A DNA stretch of 64,000 nt from the NCBI GenBank assembly GCA_965223665.1, contig OZ245011.1, positions 1,056,001-1,120,000 on the forward strand, read 5' to 3'. Position numbers and translations under genes: made by a program. How positions within the stretch are numbered: position 1 is the first letter of the stretch; every line of letters begins with the position of its first letter. The stretch comes from Nitrospinaceae bacterium. Its GTDB lineage: Bacteria; Nitrospinota; Nitrospinia; Nitrospinales; Nitrospinaceae. Under the pieces are notes generated by a model. The model was not told the origin of the DNA and did no database searches. It worked only from the letters and a program-made list of their open reading frames with translations. Of the stretch, positions 19,930 to 29,203 are shown one piece after another.

Positions 19930-20448
19930 TTACAACATACTATTTAAAAAATCTTCATCTTCCATATCATCACTTAAATATTCCGGAAGTTTTGTACTTT
20001 TGTCAATTATAGCCATTTGAATCTGCATAAGACTTAAGCCTGAAGCATCCGAAAGATTTGCGCCTTTTAAATTAGTTTTCACAAACATAACATCTTCATT
20101 AAACTGGGAACCTTGCACATCTGCATTTTCCAGATTCGCGTTATCCAAGCTGGATTCCATCAAATTACAATTTTTCAGGTTAGCATTGTTTAATTGAGCC
20201 CCATTCAAATTAGCCTCTTGTAAACGTGCTTTTTCTAAGTCAGCCCCATCCATCAAAGCACCACTGAGATTAGAAAACTGGAGTTTGGCATTCTGCAGAT
20301 TAGCGCCTTTTAAGTTTACTTTTATTAACTTAATTCCCCGAAGGTCTGCTTCGGAAAGATCTATACTTTCGTCAGGATTATTTTCTCTCCAAGTATTCCA
20401 TTCCTCAGAGTTATTTTTCAATAAATCTAATTGTTCCGAATTTGCCAT
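19930..20448 (-). CDS. Pentapeptide repeat protein
   Basis: MANSEQLDLLK...WNTWR followed by A(D/N)LxxAxL repeats; start moved to ATG 20448 behind AAGGGG. Confidence 0.92.
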   Translation of the reverse strand: MANSEQLDLLKNNSEEWNTWRENNPDESIDLSEADLRGIKLIKVNLKGANLQNAKLQFSNLSGALMDGADLEKARLQEANLNGAQLNNANLKNCNLMESSLDNANLENADVQGSQFNEDVMFVKTNLKGANLSDASGLSLMQIQMAIIDKSTKLPEYLSDDMEDEDFLNSML

Positions 20449-20623
20449 GGAAATTTCCCCTTTCAGCAATCTAAAAAAATGGACTTTCAGGCCATTGAAT
20501 TTAATGAGGGTATATATTAACAAATTTTATTTATTCTCCATGAAGTTTTTTAACCACAAATATAAAAACCTGGGTCCCTTTTTTTCATCTAATAGCTAAT
20601 TGATAATATTTTAGGAGTGCGCA

Positions 20624-20938
20624 ATGTCCCCAGTGAGTCAAATAGATGTAAACAAGGCTAAAGAATTGTTGGATAGCGGGTCCGCCAATATAGTTGATAT
20701 TAGAGATTCAGCCTCATATTCTATGGCCCATATTCCAAATGCAATCAATCTAAATCAAGACAATGCGGAGAATTTCATTAGTTCCGCCGATAAAAATAAA
20801 ACTTTAGTCGTTTGTTGTTACCATGGAATTTCAAGTCAAGGGGCTGCCCAATATTTTATGGAGAGCGGATTTAAGGATGTCCACAGTTTAATCGGGGGTT
20901 TCGAAGCCTGGCAGCAAAATTTTCCTTCAGAAAGTTAA
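20624..20938 (+). CDS. glpE: Thiosulfate sulfurtransferase GlpE (single-domain rhodanese)
   Basis: IVDIRD, HIPNA, CYHGISSQGAA, SLIGGFEAW; AGGAG RBS. Confidence 0.9.
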   Translation: MSPVSQIDVNKAKELLDSGSANIVDIRDSASYSMAHIPNAINLNQDNAENFISSADKNKTLVVCCYHGISSQGAAQYFMESGFKDVHSLIGGFEAWQQNFPSES

Positions 20939-20960
20939 TTTAAACCTTTTCCCTTAAATA

Positions 20961-21515
20961 ATGTTCAATATTCTGGTCGCAATCCCCAACAACCAATTTA
21001 ATGAAGACCAATTATTCCCTTTACTTAAGTTACTCGAATCAAGAAATTGTAAAATAGTTGTTCTTTCTAAAAGTGGCAAAGAAAGTAAAGGAATGTCAAA
21101 AACTTCCTATTCTCCCCATGGAATGATCATTGATTGGAATAAACAGGCTGGGGTTCATGGAAAATATAATGGCATTGTAGTTTTGGGAGGAAAAGGTGCG
21201 CCCAAATCTCTTTGGAAAGATGAAATCTTACCACAAATATTAACAGACCACTTCAGAGCAGGAAGTATTTTAGGTGGTGTCGGAATGGGAGTTATAGTTC
21301 TGGTTAAAGCCGGATTAATTTCTGGAGTTTGTGCTGCTCCTGAAAATGAATTGGTCATTAAAGAATTAAAGGAAATGGCAGTTCAACCTCTAGATGAATC
21401 GATTTATTTTTCCGACAATGTCTTAACAGCAAGAAATGGAAATCAAATTCAGGAGTTTGTTGAAATCTTTTTGGAAAAATTAAATCACGCCAATTGTGAT
21501 ATGGAATCGGACTGA
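20961..21515 (+). CDS. DJ-1/PfpI family protein lacking the catalytic Cys
   Basis: YNGIVVLGGKGA, LVKAGLI, NVLTARNG; nucleophile elbow reads GGVGMG. Confidence 0.8.
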   Translation: MFNILVAIPNNQFNEDQLFPLLKLLESRNCKIVVLSKSGKESKGMSKTSYSPHGMIIDWNKQAGVHGKYNGIVVLGGKGAPKSLWKDEILPQILTDHFRAGSILGGVGMGVIVLVKAGLISGVCAAPENELVIKELKEMAVQPLDESIYFSDNVLTARNGNQIQEFVEIFLEKLNHANCDMESD

Positions 21516-21534
21516 ACAAAACCCCATTAAGCTT

Positions 21535-22809
21535 TTATCCGAAGAATAAATAACAAACCAAAACCGAAACAATTATTCCCGCAAAATCTGCCACTAGACC
21601 ACAAAATAAAGCATGTCTTGAGTAACGAATTCCCACTGAACCAAAATATAAAGCCAATACATAAAATGTAGTTTCAGTACTTCCCTGAAATATTGATGCT
21701 AAGCGTCCCGCAAAGGAGTCTGCTCCGAAGTTTTGCATAGTTTCAATCATCAATCCCCTGGAACCGCTTCCACTTAATGGTTTCATGAGAGCAGTCGGTA
21801 CTGCATCGACAAAACGTATATCCATCCCTAAACTTGAAACAGTGGTTCGGACGATTTCCAAAATAAAGTCCAAGGCACCGCTGGTTCTAAAAACTCCAAT
21901 AGCAACCAACATTGCAATTAAGTAAGGTACAATTTTTATAGCGACCCATAAACCCTGCTTAGCTCCCTTTATAAAAGAGTTATAAACATCAATTCTCCTC
22001 CATAACGCAATAGAAATTAAACTGATAATGGCCAGAAATAAAAAGAAATTACTCAATTGGCTGGAAATTTCTTGAACCTCTGCCTGATTTTTTCGAGAGA
22101 GAAAAAAAATGACACTGACTATAAAAACTAAGAATCCTCCTAAATAAACTAAAACGACTCGGTCCCACAAATTAATTTTTTGAAAAAAACTTATTGTTAA
22201 CAAACCAACAAGTGTTGAAGAACTGGTAGCTAATAAAATGGGAAGAAAAACATCCGTGGGGTTTATGGCTCCCAGTTGTGCCCGATAGGCAAAGATTGTG
22301 ACTGGGAAAAAAGTCAGAGAAGAAGTATTTAAAACTAAAAATAGTATTTGCGAATTACTTGCTTCATCCTTTCGTGGATTAATAGACTGTAGTTCTTGCA
22401 TCGCTTTTAAACCTAGAGGAGTCGCCGCATTATCTAATCCCAAAAAGTTAGCAGCCATATTCATGATAACAGCTGCAAAAGCGGGGTGATCCTTGGGAAC
22501 ATCTGGAAATATTTTATTTAATAGAGGTCTAAAGGCCTTTTGAATTAAAAGAAGAACTCCTCCTCTTTCGCCAATCTTGAAGATTCCCATCCAAAACGCC
22601 ATGATTCCAACGAGGCCCAAAGAAATATCGAAGGAAACTTTTGACATTTTGAATATAGAATCAATGATTTGTGAAAAAATATCATCTTGCCCATAAAAGA
22701 AATAGTTCAAACAAGCAAAAATAAAACCCAGAATAAAAAATAAAAACCAAATTACATTCAACAATGGCAGGTCCTTTGACAGATTGATTTGGCAGGCATT
22801 TTCAATCAA
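21535..22809 (-). CDS. SpmA/SpmB fusion (nucleoside-recognition gate) membrane protein
   Basis: NMAANFLGLDNAATPLGLKAM, MKPLSGSGSRG, QGSTETTFYVLALYFG. Confidence 0.92.
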   Translation of the reverse strand: MIENACQINLSKDLPLLNVIWFLFFILGFIFACLNYFFYGQDDIFSQIIDSIFKMSKVSFDISLGLVGIMAFWMGIFKIGERGGVLLLIQKAFRPLLNKIFPDVPKDHPAFAAVIMNMAANFLGLDNAATPLGLKAMQELQSINPRKDEASNSQILFLVLNTSSLTFFPVTIFAYRAQLGAINPTDVFLPILLATSSSTLVGLLTISFFQKINLWDRVVLVYLGGFLVFIVSVIFFLSRKNQAEVQEISSQLSNFFLFLAIISLISIALWRRIDVYNSFIKGAKQGLWVAIKIVPYLIAMLVAIGVFRTSGALDFILEIVRTTVSSLGMDIRFVDAVPTALMKPLSGSGSRGLMIETMQNFGADSFAGRLASIFQGSTETTFYVLALYFGSVGIRYSRHALFCGLVADFAGIIVSVLVCYLFFG

Positions 22810-22888
22810 ATAAAAACTAAAAATGCTTTAAATTGATTAAAATTAAGTATTATTATAACCTTTTCAAAATTTTTAAGAGATATCCATT

Positions 22889-23740
22889 TTGAAAGATTTT
22901 CACTTTCCTAAAATTGCAATAATTTCTGGTCCTGATTTAAGGCACCAATACTTTATAAGTCAGTTAAATTTCCATATTCAACTTTCTGCTATTTTTATTG
23001 AGAATACGTTTTATCCTGAACCTCCGCAATTAACATTTAAAGAAAAAGTTGTCTGGGAATGGTTTTTTAGACGGCGGGCAAACTTTGAAAAGAAATGGTT
23101 TACTCCTAATGCAACAATTATCCCCAAAAACGATCCAGAAAAATTTTTAATTCCCTGTGGACAAATTAATTCAGATCAAATTTTTAAACAATTTGAGAAA
23201 ATCAACCCAGATGTAATTGCAATTTTTGGAAGTAGTCTAATCGGTCCAAATTTGTTAGAAAAGTACTCGGATAAAATCATTAATTTGCATGTTGGACTGC
23301 CACAGTATTACAGAGGTTCTTCTTGTAACTTCTGGCCAATACATGATAAGCGATTGGACTGTTTGGGTGCAACCATTCACCTTGTAAATAAAAAAATAGA
23401 CGGCGGGAAAATTTTAAGTCAAAAAAAAATTACGCTTGAAAAACAAGATGATGAGCAAACACTGATGGGAAAAACAATATTATTAGGAACTAAATTGATG
23501 ATCAATATTTTAAATCATTGGGAAGAAAAACGGGATATAGCTGAGATATCTACAGGCAAAGGAAAATTATTCCAAAAAAAAGATTTTACGGCATCAGCAA
23601 TTTTAAAGGTAAAACAATTAGTGGAAAATAACCAACTCGCTGAATTAATTTGGAATGAGATTCAAAAAGAAAATGATATAAAAAATACTAGTGGTTCAAA
23701 ATTTATTTTGCAGAACGCACCAAACGTACGCTCATTGTAG
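22889..23740 (+). CDS. Formyltransferase family protein
   Basis: INLHVGLPQYYRGSS, GATIHLVNKKIDGG. Confidence 0.85.
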   Translation: MKDFHFPKIAIISGPDLRHQYFISQLNFHIQLSAIFIENTFYPEPPQLTFKEKVVWEWFFRRRANFEKKWFTPNATIIPKNDPEKFLIPCGQINSDQIFKQFEKINPDVIAIFGSSLIGPNLLEKYSDKIINLHVGLPQYYRGSSCNFWPIHDKRLDCLGATIHLVNKKIDGGKILSQKKITLEKQDDEQTLMGKTILLGTKLMINILNHWEEKRDIAEISTGKGKLFQKKDFTASAILKVKQLVENNQLAELIWNEIQKENDIKNTSGSKFILQNAPNVRSL

Positions 23741-24839
23741 GGCTATTATAACTCTTCTTCACGGTTTTCTCGTAACCTCCGATAAAGAAAAAATACCGAG
23801 CAGAAGATTCTCCAACCTGTTCGCTTGACCAGAATCCATACCCTCCCCCATCTGCAAAAACTTTTGGGTATCCTACGGGATAATCCTTATTTTTATCAAA
23901 AGCTAACTTTGTCCTATCCGGATCAAAAGTTTGTTGATATTCTTTTATTGTTGGGACTCTCCAGTCATTATACCCAGCAAATCTACTTTTATTAATTTTA
24001 TCAACCCACTTTAAGGCCTCTTCCCAAGATTTGGGATTACGACGTTCAAAATTTCTAAAATCCTTAGTCATCCACATCAAGTCATGTACACTGTCCAAAG
24101 CAGTACCGTCTTCATATAAAACCCAATCACCAAAAACTTTTTTAGTTTCTTCTAATTGAGTCTCATGCGCAAAATTTAAAAAATAAGTAAAACCCACTGA
24201 AACACAAATCACTAGTACCATAATACCAACCAACATCTTAGAAAACTTTTTTTGATTTCCCAGCTTTGCAAAAATAGATTCTTTTTCCTCTTCTAACTTT
24301 TCATATTGAACCTTAGCTTTACTGATATCCCCTTTCAAGTTTTCATTAAGGACATTAAGCTCATATTGCCCAACACTTTGTTGAACAATATCTACGGCTT
24401 GCTTAAAATCAATTGGCTTTTTTAGAAATCGAAAAACTTCAGCTTTATTTACTATATCTTCAATAAGTTGTTTATCATAAAAAGCCGTGGTTAGAATACG
24501 AACTGTATTAGGTGAAAGAAGCTTCACTTTTTCTAGAAGTTCCGTTCCTCTCATTATAGGAAGACGATTATCGGATAAAATCACAGGAATAGGGCCTTGA
24601 TTGGTAATTACCTCTAATGCTTCCTCAGGATGCTCACACATAATTACTTCAAAACCTGCCGAAGTAAAAATTTTTCTTGCAACAATTAAAATTTTCTTCT
24701 CATCATCCACCACGAGGACTTTTGGCCGGGTATTTTCGGTTGGCTTAGTCTTTTTTTCAGAAGACTTTTTATCTACCTTTTCTTTTTTTTCTGGAGTAGA
24801 TTCCTGCTTTTTATTTTCGATTTCCGCAACTTCGTTCAT
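23703..24839 (-). CDS. Membrane-anchored receiver + DUF1566 domain protein
   Basis: VLVVDDE...ILSDNRLP...FLKKP receiver; TM segment; DSVHDLMW...GYNDWRVPTIKEY...FWSS...SVRLVR. Confidence 0.85.
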   Translation of the reverse strand: MNEVAEIENKKQESTPEKKEKVDKKSSEKKTKPTENTRPKVLVVDDEKKILIVARKIFTSAGFEVIMCEHPEEALEVITNQGPIPVILSDNRLPIMRGTELLEKVKLLSPNTVRILTTAFYDKQLIEDIVNKAEVFRFLKKPIDFKQAVDIVQQSVGQYELNVLNENLKGDISKAKVQYEKLEEEKESIFAKLGNQKKFSKMLVGIMVLVICVSVGFTYFLNFAHETQLEETKKVFGDWVLYEDGTALDSVHDLMWMTKDFRNFERRNPKSWEEALKWVDKINKSRFAGYNDWRVPTIKEYQQTFDPDRTKLAFDKNKDYPVGYPKVFADGGGYGFWSSEQVGESSARYFFFIGGYEKTVKKSYNSPTMSVRLVRSAK

Positions 24840-24932
24840 AATAATTCTATTATTCCAATTAATCCTTTATATTATTAAGTGTAAGGGAGTTGTTAATTAT
24901 TTTAAAAATTAATTTTATTTTTTCCCAAGTCA

Positions 24933-25412
24933 ATGACCATGAAATGTTTTCCCCTTTATTTTAAGTGCTTAACTAAGGTTTTCATATTTTGTTTAGCATT
25001 ATTATTTGTACCCTTTGAACTTGAGGGCAAACAAAATGAAGTCCAACAAGACTTAATCCATTTGGGATTTATCTCCTATTCTCCAAACTTCAAATTGACA
25101 AAAGATCGAAAACATATCATTTTCAAAATAAAAAATAATACCAGCAGAACGATAAGTAATATCTATGGTTGGGTTTATCAATATCAGGAAGGAGATCCCA
25201 ACTCATCTACTCTAGTGAACAATCCAAATCAGGGAGGACTGTTAATAGAAGGAGGACCACATAATTCTGGGAAAATTGTAAGTTGGAAATTCAAGCTACT
25301 GCCACTGAGGAAACCCGCTACCCCAAAGGATCGCTATGCCTTAAAAACTAGCAACAAAAGTATTTTTTACTACAAGCATCCCTTACCAAATGCGTCCTCC
25401 AGCAAAAAATAA
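24933..25412 (+). CDS. Hypothetical exported protein
   Basis: 159-aa ORF with N-terminal hydrophobic segment. Confidence 0.6.
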   Translation: MTMKCFPLYFKCLTKVFIFCLALLFVPFELEGKQNEVQQDLIHLGFISYSPNFKLTKDRKHIIFKIKNNTSRTISNIYGWVYQYQEGDPNSSTLVNNPNQGGLLIEGGPHNSGKIVSWKFKLLPLRKPATPKDRYALKTSNKSIFYYKHPLPNASSSKK

Positions 25413-25737
25413 GGCTATAGTTGAATTTTTTTTGAAATTTATCTTGCAACTACTTCCATATCAGGAAGGAGATCCCAACTCATCTACTCTAGTGAACAAT
25501 CCAAATCAGGGAGGACTGTTAATAGAAGGAGGACCACATAATTCTGGGAAAATTGTAAGTTGGAAATTCAAGCTACTGCCACTGAGGAAACCCGCTACCC
25601 CAAAGGATCGCTATGCCTTAAAAACTAGCAACAAAAGTATTTTTTACTACAAGCATCCCTTACCAAATGCGTCCTCCAGCAAAAAATAAGGCTATAGTTG
25701 AATTTTTTTTGAAATTTATCTTGCAACTACTTCCATA
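25181..25737. repeat. Exact 277-bp tandem duplication
   Basis: 25181-25460 matches 25458-25737 by eye; the copies share ATA at the junction. Confidence 0.92.
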
Positions 25738-27992
25738 ACACCATTAACTAATTCATCTCGCGTACAATTACCTTTATAAATAAATCTTTGCACAGAATTT
25801 TTTATTGAATTATATTCTTCACCTGTTATTTCTTTAGCGGTAAAAACTATTAACGGTGTTTTATCCAGACTCTTATTCTTTCTAAGTTTAGTTATAAATT
25901 CCACACCACTCATTTCATCCATTGACATATCTGTCATAATTAAGGATGGCTTTTTCTTTTGAATATAATCTAAAGCTTTTTTCCCATTGGACTTTAGAAC
26001 AACATTCCATCCTTCGTTTTTAAATACTCTATCTAACATTGCCTGATTTATAGGATCTTTTTCTACTAAAAGTATGGGAGACTTTAATTGAACTTTTTTA
26101 AGATTTTTAATTATTTCTTGCATTCTTTTTATATTCAAATTGCCTTTAAGAAATATTACATGTGAAGGGTAACTATTAGTTTTAATAAATTTTGAATCTG
26201 CAAGGATATAAACAGGAACGTCTATTAAATTGGGATGATTTACAAACTCATTTAGATTATCGGACGTATAAGAACCTGTTTTCCTCATATCAAACACAAT
26301 AAAAAATGGTTTAATATTCATCGTTTTTAATAAAGCTTCCTCTGGGTTTAGAGCAAATATGGGATAATATCCTTTTTTAAATAGAAAAGGTTTAATTTCC
26401 GAATAGGATTCAATATTATCTTTTACAAATAGAACAGGTTTGAAGGTTTTCACTTTTGATGTTTCAAGTACTTTTTCATTTTTCCCATCAAAATTTATTT
26501 GCTCCTGACTTCCCATTTTTTCATAGTTAGGCTCAACTCTACTAACTTCATTATTCGGTTGGATTTGTTTTTCTTTATAATTTTCAGCCTTATTGTAATC
26601 CTTTGGTAATGAAATAGTAAAAACTGATCCCTTCCCTAATTCGCTATCTACATTAATATTCCCTCCAAGCAAAACAACCAATTGCCGGCTAATTGAAAGG
26701 CCCAAACCCGTGCCGCCATCTTTTTTATCCTTCGTTTTTCTTCCCTGATAAAATTCGTCAAAAACCCTTTTGGTTAACTTTGGGGACATCCCAATTCCAG
26801 TATCGGAAATAGCTATAATCAACTTTGAATTATTATCTTCTTCTTCCCAGTGAGCATTAATAATTATTTCTCCGTCTTGAGTAAACTTGCATGCATTACC
26901 CACAACATTCAAAAATATTTGCCTAACTCTGGTTATGTCCGAAGAAATTCTTCCCAGTTCATCTTTTCCGTTAAAACGTAATGTATTTCCATTTTTTTGG
27001 GCTATTGGGTTAAGAGTAGAAACGATCTCGTTTATTAAGTTGGAAATGGAAAAAGTTTCAATTTCTAATTTCAATCGTCCCGATTGAAATTTAGCCATGT
27101 CTAAAACATCATTAATTAAACTCAACAAATGTTTTCCAGCTGAGTCAATTGTTTTTAAATCTTGGATCAAATCATTTCGGTTTAATTTTTGAGCTTCCGC
27201 CTGCAACATCTCGCTATATCCCAAAATTGAGTTTAATGGGGTCCTCAGTTCATGTGACATATTGGCGAGAAACTCATTTTTTAACCTTGTGGCTGACTCA
27301 GCAGACTCTTTTGCAAACCAAAGCGATTCTTCAGCAATTTTTCGGTAGGCGACCTCTTCTTCAACTTTTTTCAGACTGATTTCCAGCTCTTTAGTCCGTG
27401 AGTTTATTTTTTTTTCTAAATTTTTGTTCTCCCACTCCAACAATTGATATAGTTCTAAACTCTCTATGGCATTTGCTGTGTTTTGCAGAATAATAGACAA
27501 TGGATATTTAATTCTTTCTTCAATATTATTTTTCTGACTATTAATAATTCCTACAAACATTCCACGAACCCTTCGTTTGGTGGCTAGAACGTGAAACACA
27601 AAATCTTTTTTCCCATTAATGGACTTTGATAAAATTGGCGCATTTTGATTTATTGCCCAAGCAAACTTACCATCTGCAATATGCTGATTGACCAACTTTT
27701 CAATTACTTCTTTTTTAGATTCCGGGAAGACATGAGTTAACACAAATTCTTGAGAATTTTCATTAACTAGATAATATGCAAAGCTTTCAAAATTAATTAT
27801 TTTCTTAATATGGTCACTAGATTTATTTAATATTTTTAGTGGATTTCGTTCAGAGTTTTCATCATGGTATTGCTCTTCCAGAGAAACTAAAATTTCAAAG
27901 CTGTACAAATACCATCGCGCCAAACTCTCTAGGTATTCTATGCGGACATTCTCTTTATTCTTCCAAATAGGTTTAATGACTTTTTCTTTCAT
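25716..27992 (-). CDS. Hybrid sensor histidine kinase (GAF-like, HisKA, HATPase, two receivers)
   Basis: FLANMSHELRTPLNSILG, NVVGNACKFT, DTGIG, GGTGLGL, LIMTDMSM. Confidence 0.92.
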   Translation of the reverse strand: MKEKVIKPIWKNKENVRIEYLESLARWYLYSFEILVSLEEQYHDENSERNPLKILNKSSDHIKKIINFESFAYYLVNENSQEFVLTHVFPESKKEVIEKLVNQHIADGKFAWAINQNAPILSKSINGKKDFVFHVLATKRRVRGMFVGIINSQKNNIEERIKYPLSIILQNTANAIESLELYQLLEWENKNLEKKINSRTKELEISLKKVEEEVAYRKIAEESLWFAKESAESATRLKNEFLANMSHELRTPLNSILGYSEMLQAEAQKLNRNDLIQDLKTIDSAGKHLLSLINDVLDMAKFQSGRLKLEIETFSISNLINEIVSTLNPIAQKNGNTLRFNGKDELGRISSDITRVRQIFLNVVGNACKFTQDGEIIINAHWEEEDNNSKLIIAISDTGIGMSPKLTKRVFDEFYQGRKTKDKKDGGTGLGLSISRQLVVLLGGNINVDSELGKGSVFTISLPKDYNKAENYKEKQIQPNNEVSRVEPNYEKMGSQEQINFDGKNEKVLETSKVKTFKPVLFVKDNIESYSEIKPFLFKKGYYPIFALNPEEALLKTMNIKPFFIVFDMRKTGSYTSDNLNEFVNHPNLIDVPVYILADSKFIKTNSYPSHVIFLKGNLNIKRMQEIIKNLKKVQLKSPILLVEKDPINQAMLDRVFKNEGWNVVLKSNGKKALDYIQKKKPSLIMTDMSMDEMSGVEFITKLRKNKSLDKTPLIVFTAKEITGEEYNSIKNSVQRFIYKGNCTRDELVNGVMEVVAR

Positions 27993-27996
27993 TTCT

Positions 27997-28854
27997 CTAT
28001 CTCAGAAACATTTGCATGGAATCTACAATTTGGATTTCAAGTAAATTGACAATTTTGGGAAGAGAATTTGATGGCAGTCCGATTGTTTCCCAGGCTTTTC
28101 CATCCATAGGAGGGACATGAATTTCGCCGGAAGAACCTACTTCCATTGCATGAACCAAAATATCAGAAAAATGCAAAACGGCAGTTTCAATTTCAAATGA
28201 TACTCCTTTTCTCGGATTATGATAATTTGTTACTGCAACACGAAAAGAGTTTGGGAGTTCCCATGAATGAATTAATTCACCGCCCACATCAGAATGATTA
28301 AAATTTAATATTTCTTCTTCAGCATTATGCAATAAAATTCCTTCCTGTTTTGAGAATCGAAATACTTCATTCATCTCTTTTTCAATGGCAGTAAGCATTA
28401 CCAGCCTTCCCAAATCATGAAGAATTCCTAACACATAAAATCTTTCGGTATTTGGTTGCCTGCATAAGGTTGCAATAATCCGCGCAGCTAATCCACACGC
28501 CAAACTATGGATCCAAAACATTTTCATATTTATTTGGGATTCCGGAAACCCCTTAAATTTTTCTATAATGGTGGTCGCAAGAACCAAATCTCTTAATTGC
28601 GCCGACCCAATTATTGTTATTGCATGTGTAATAGTCTCCACTTGATTTTTAAGTCCGTAAAAGGAACTATTAACTATATTCAATAATCTTCCGGACAAAC
28701 CAGGATCGCCACTTATTATTTTTGCTATAGAAGAAAAAGAGGATTCAGGATTTTCAACCGCATCATTTACTTTTTGGTAAATGGAAGGAAGTGTTGCCAT
28801 ATCTCCTGAAGAACAAATTATTTCTTTAGGACAAGAAAACAACTTATTGGTCAT
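27997..28854 (-). CDS. HDOD domain protein
   Basis: TLPSIY, DPGLSGRLLNIVNSSFY, FWIHS, GILHDLGRL, WELP. Confidence 0.92.
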   Translation of the reverse strand: MTNKLFSCPKEIICSSGDMATLPSIYQKVNDAVENPESSFSSIAKIISGDPGLSGRLLNIVNSSFYGLKNQVETITHAITIIGSAQLRDLVLATTIIEKFKGFPESQINMKMFWIHSLACGLAARIIATLCRQPNTERFYVLGILHDLGRLVMLTAIEKEMNEVFRFSKQEGILLHNAEEEILNFNHSDVGGELIHSWELPNSFRVAVTNYHNPRKGVSFEIETAVLHFSDILVHAMEVGSSGEIHVPPMDGKAWETIGLPSNSLPKIVNLLEIQIVDSMQMFLR

Positions 28855-29188
28855 TTTTCATCATCTTCTCAGTTTTTCTTTCTGTGGACAGGTCAAATAG
28901 TTCTTTAATAGCTGGATGCCTTTTGTCTGTAAACTTATACAATTCTTTCATTTCTTTTTCGACCAACTCAGTTATTCGAGGATCCTTTTTGTCGCAGGAT
29001 TTTTGACTATTCTCTTTTTTAAGGTCTCCTTCAATACAAACCTTACTAATACCCCAGCTTTTAAAAATTTTTATATGCTTATCTTTAATATAATTTCCAG
29101 CGGATAAAATGACTCTTCCCCGAATATCAACCGCATCTTTAGATAAAACCATCCCTTCAATTAACTCGGAAACATTTATGTTTTTCAT
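28844..29188 (-). CDS. Hypothetical protein commonly found with HDOD genes
   Basis: INVSELIEGMVLSKDAVDIRGRVILSAG resembles N-termini of HD-GYP proteins; overlaps the HDOD start. Confidence 0.7.
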   Translation of the reverse strand: MKNINVSELIEGMVLSKDAVDIRGRVILSAGNYIKDKHIKIFKSWGISKVCIEGDLKKENSQKSCDKKDPRITELVEKEMKELYKFTDKRHPAIKELFDLSTERKTEKMMKNDQ

Positions 29189-29203
29189 ATTTTTTTCACT
29201 TAC

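Noticed and set aside
25390-25689. 99-aa ORF as an independent gene
   Set aside because: Chimera created by the 277-bp duplication
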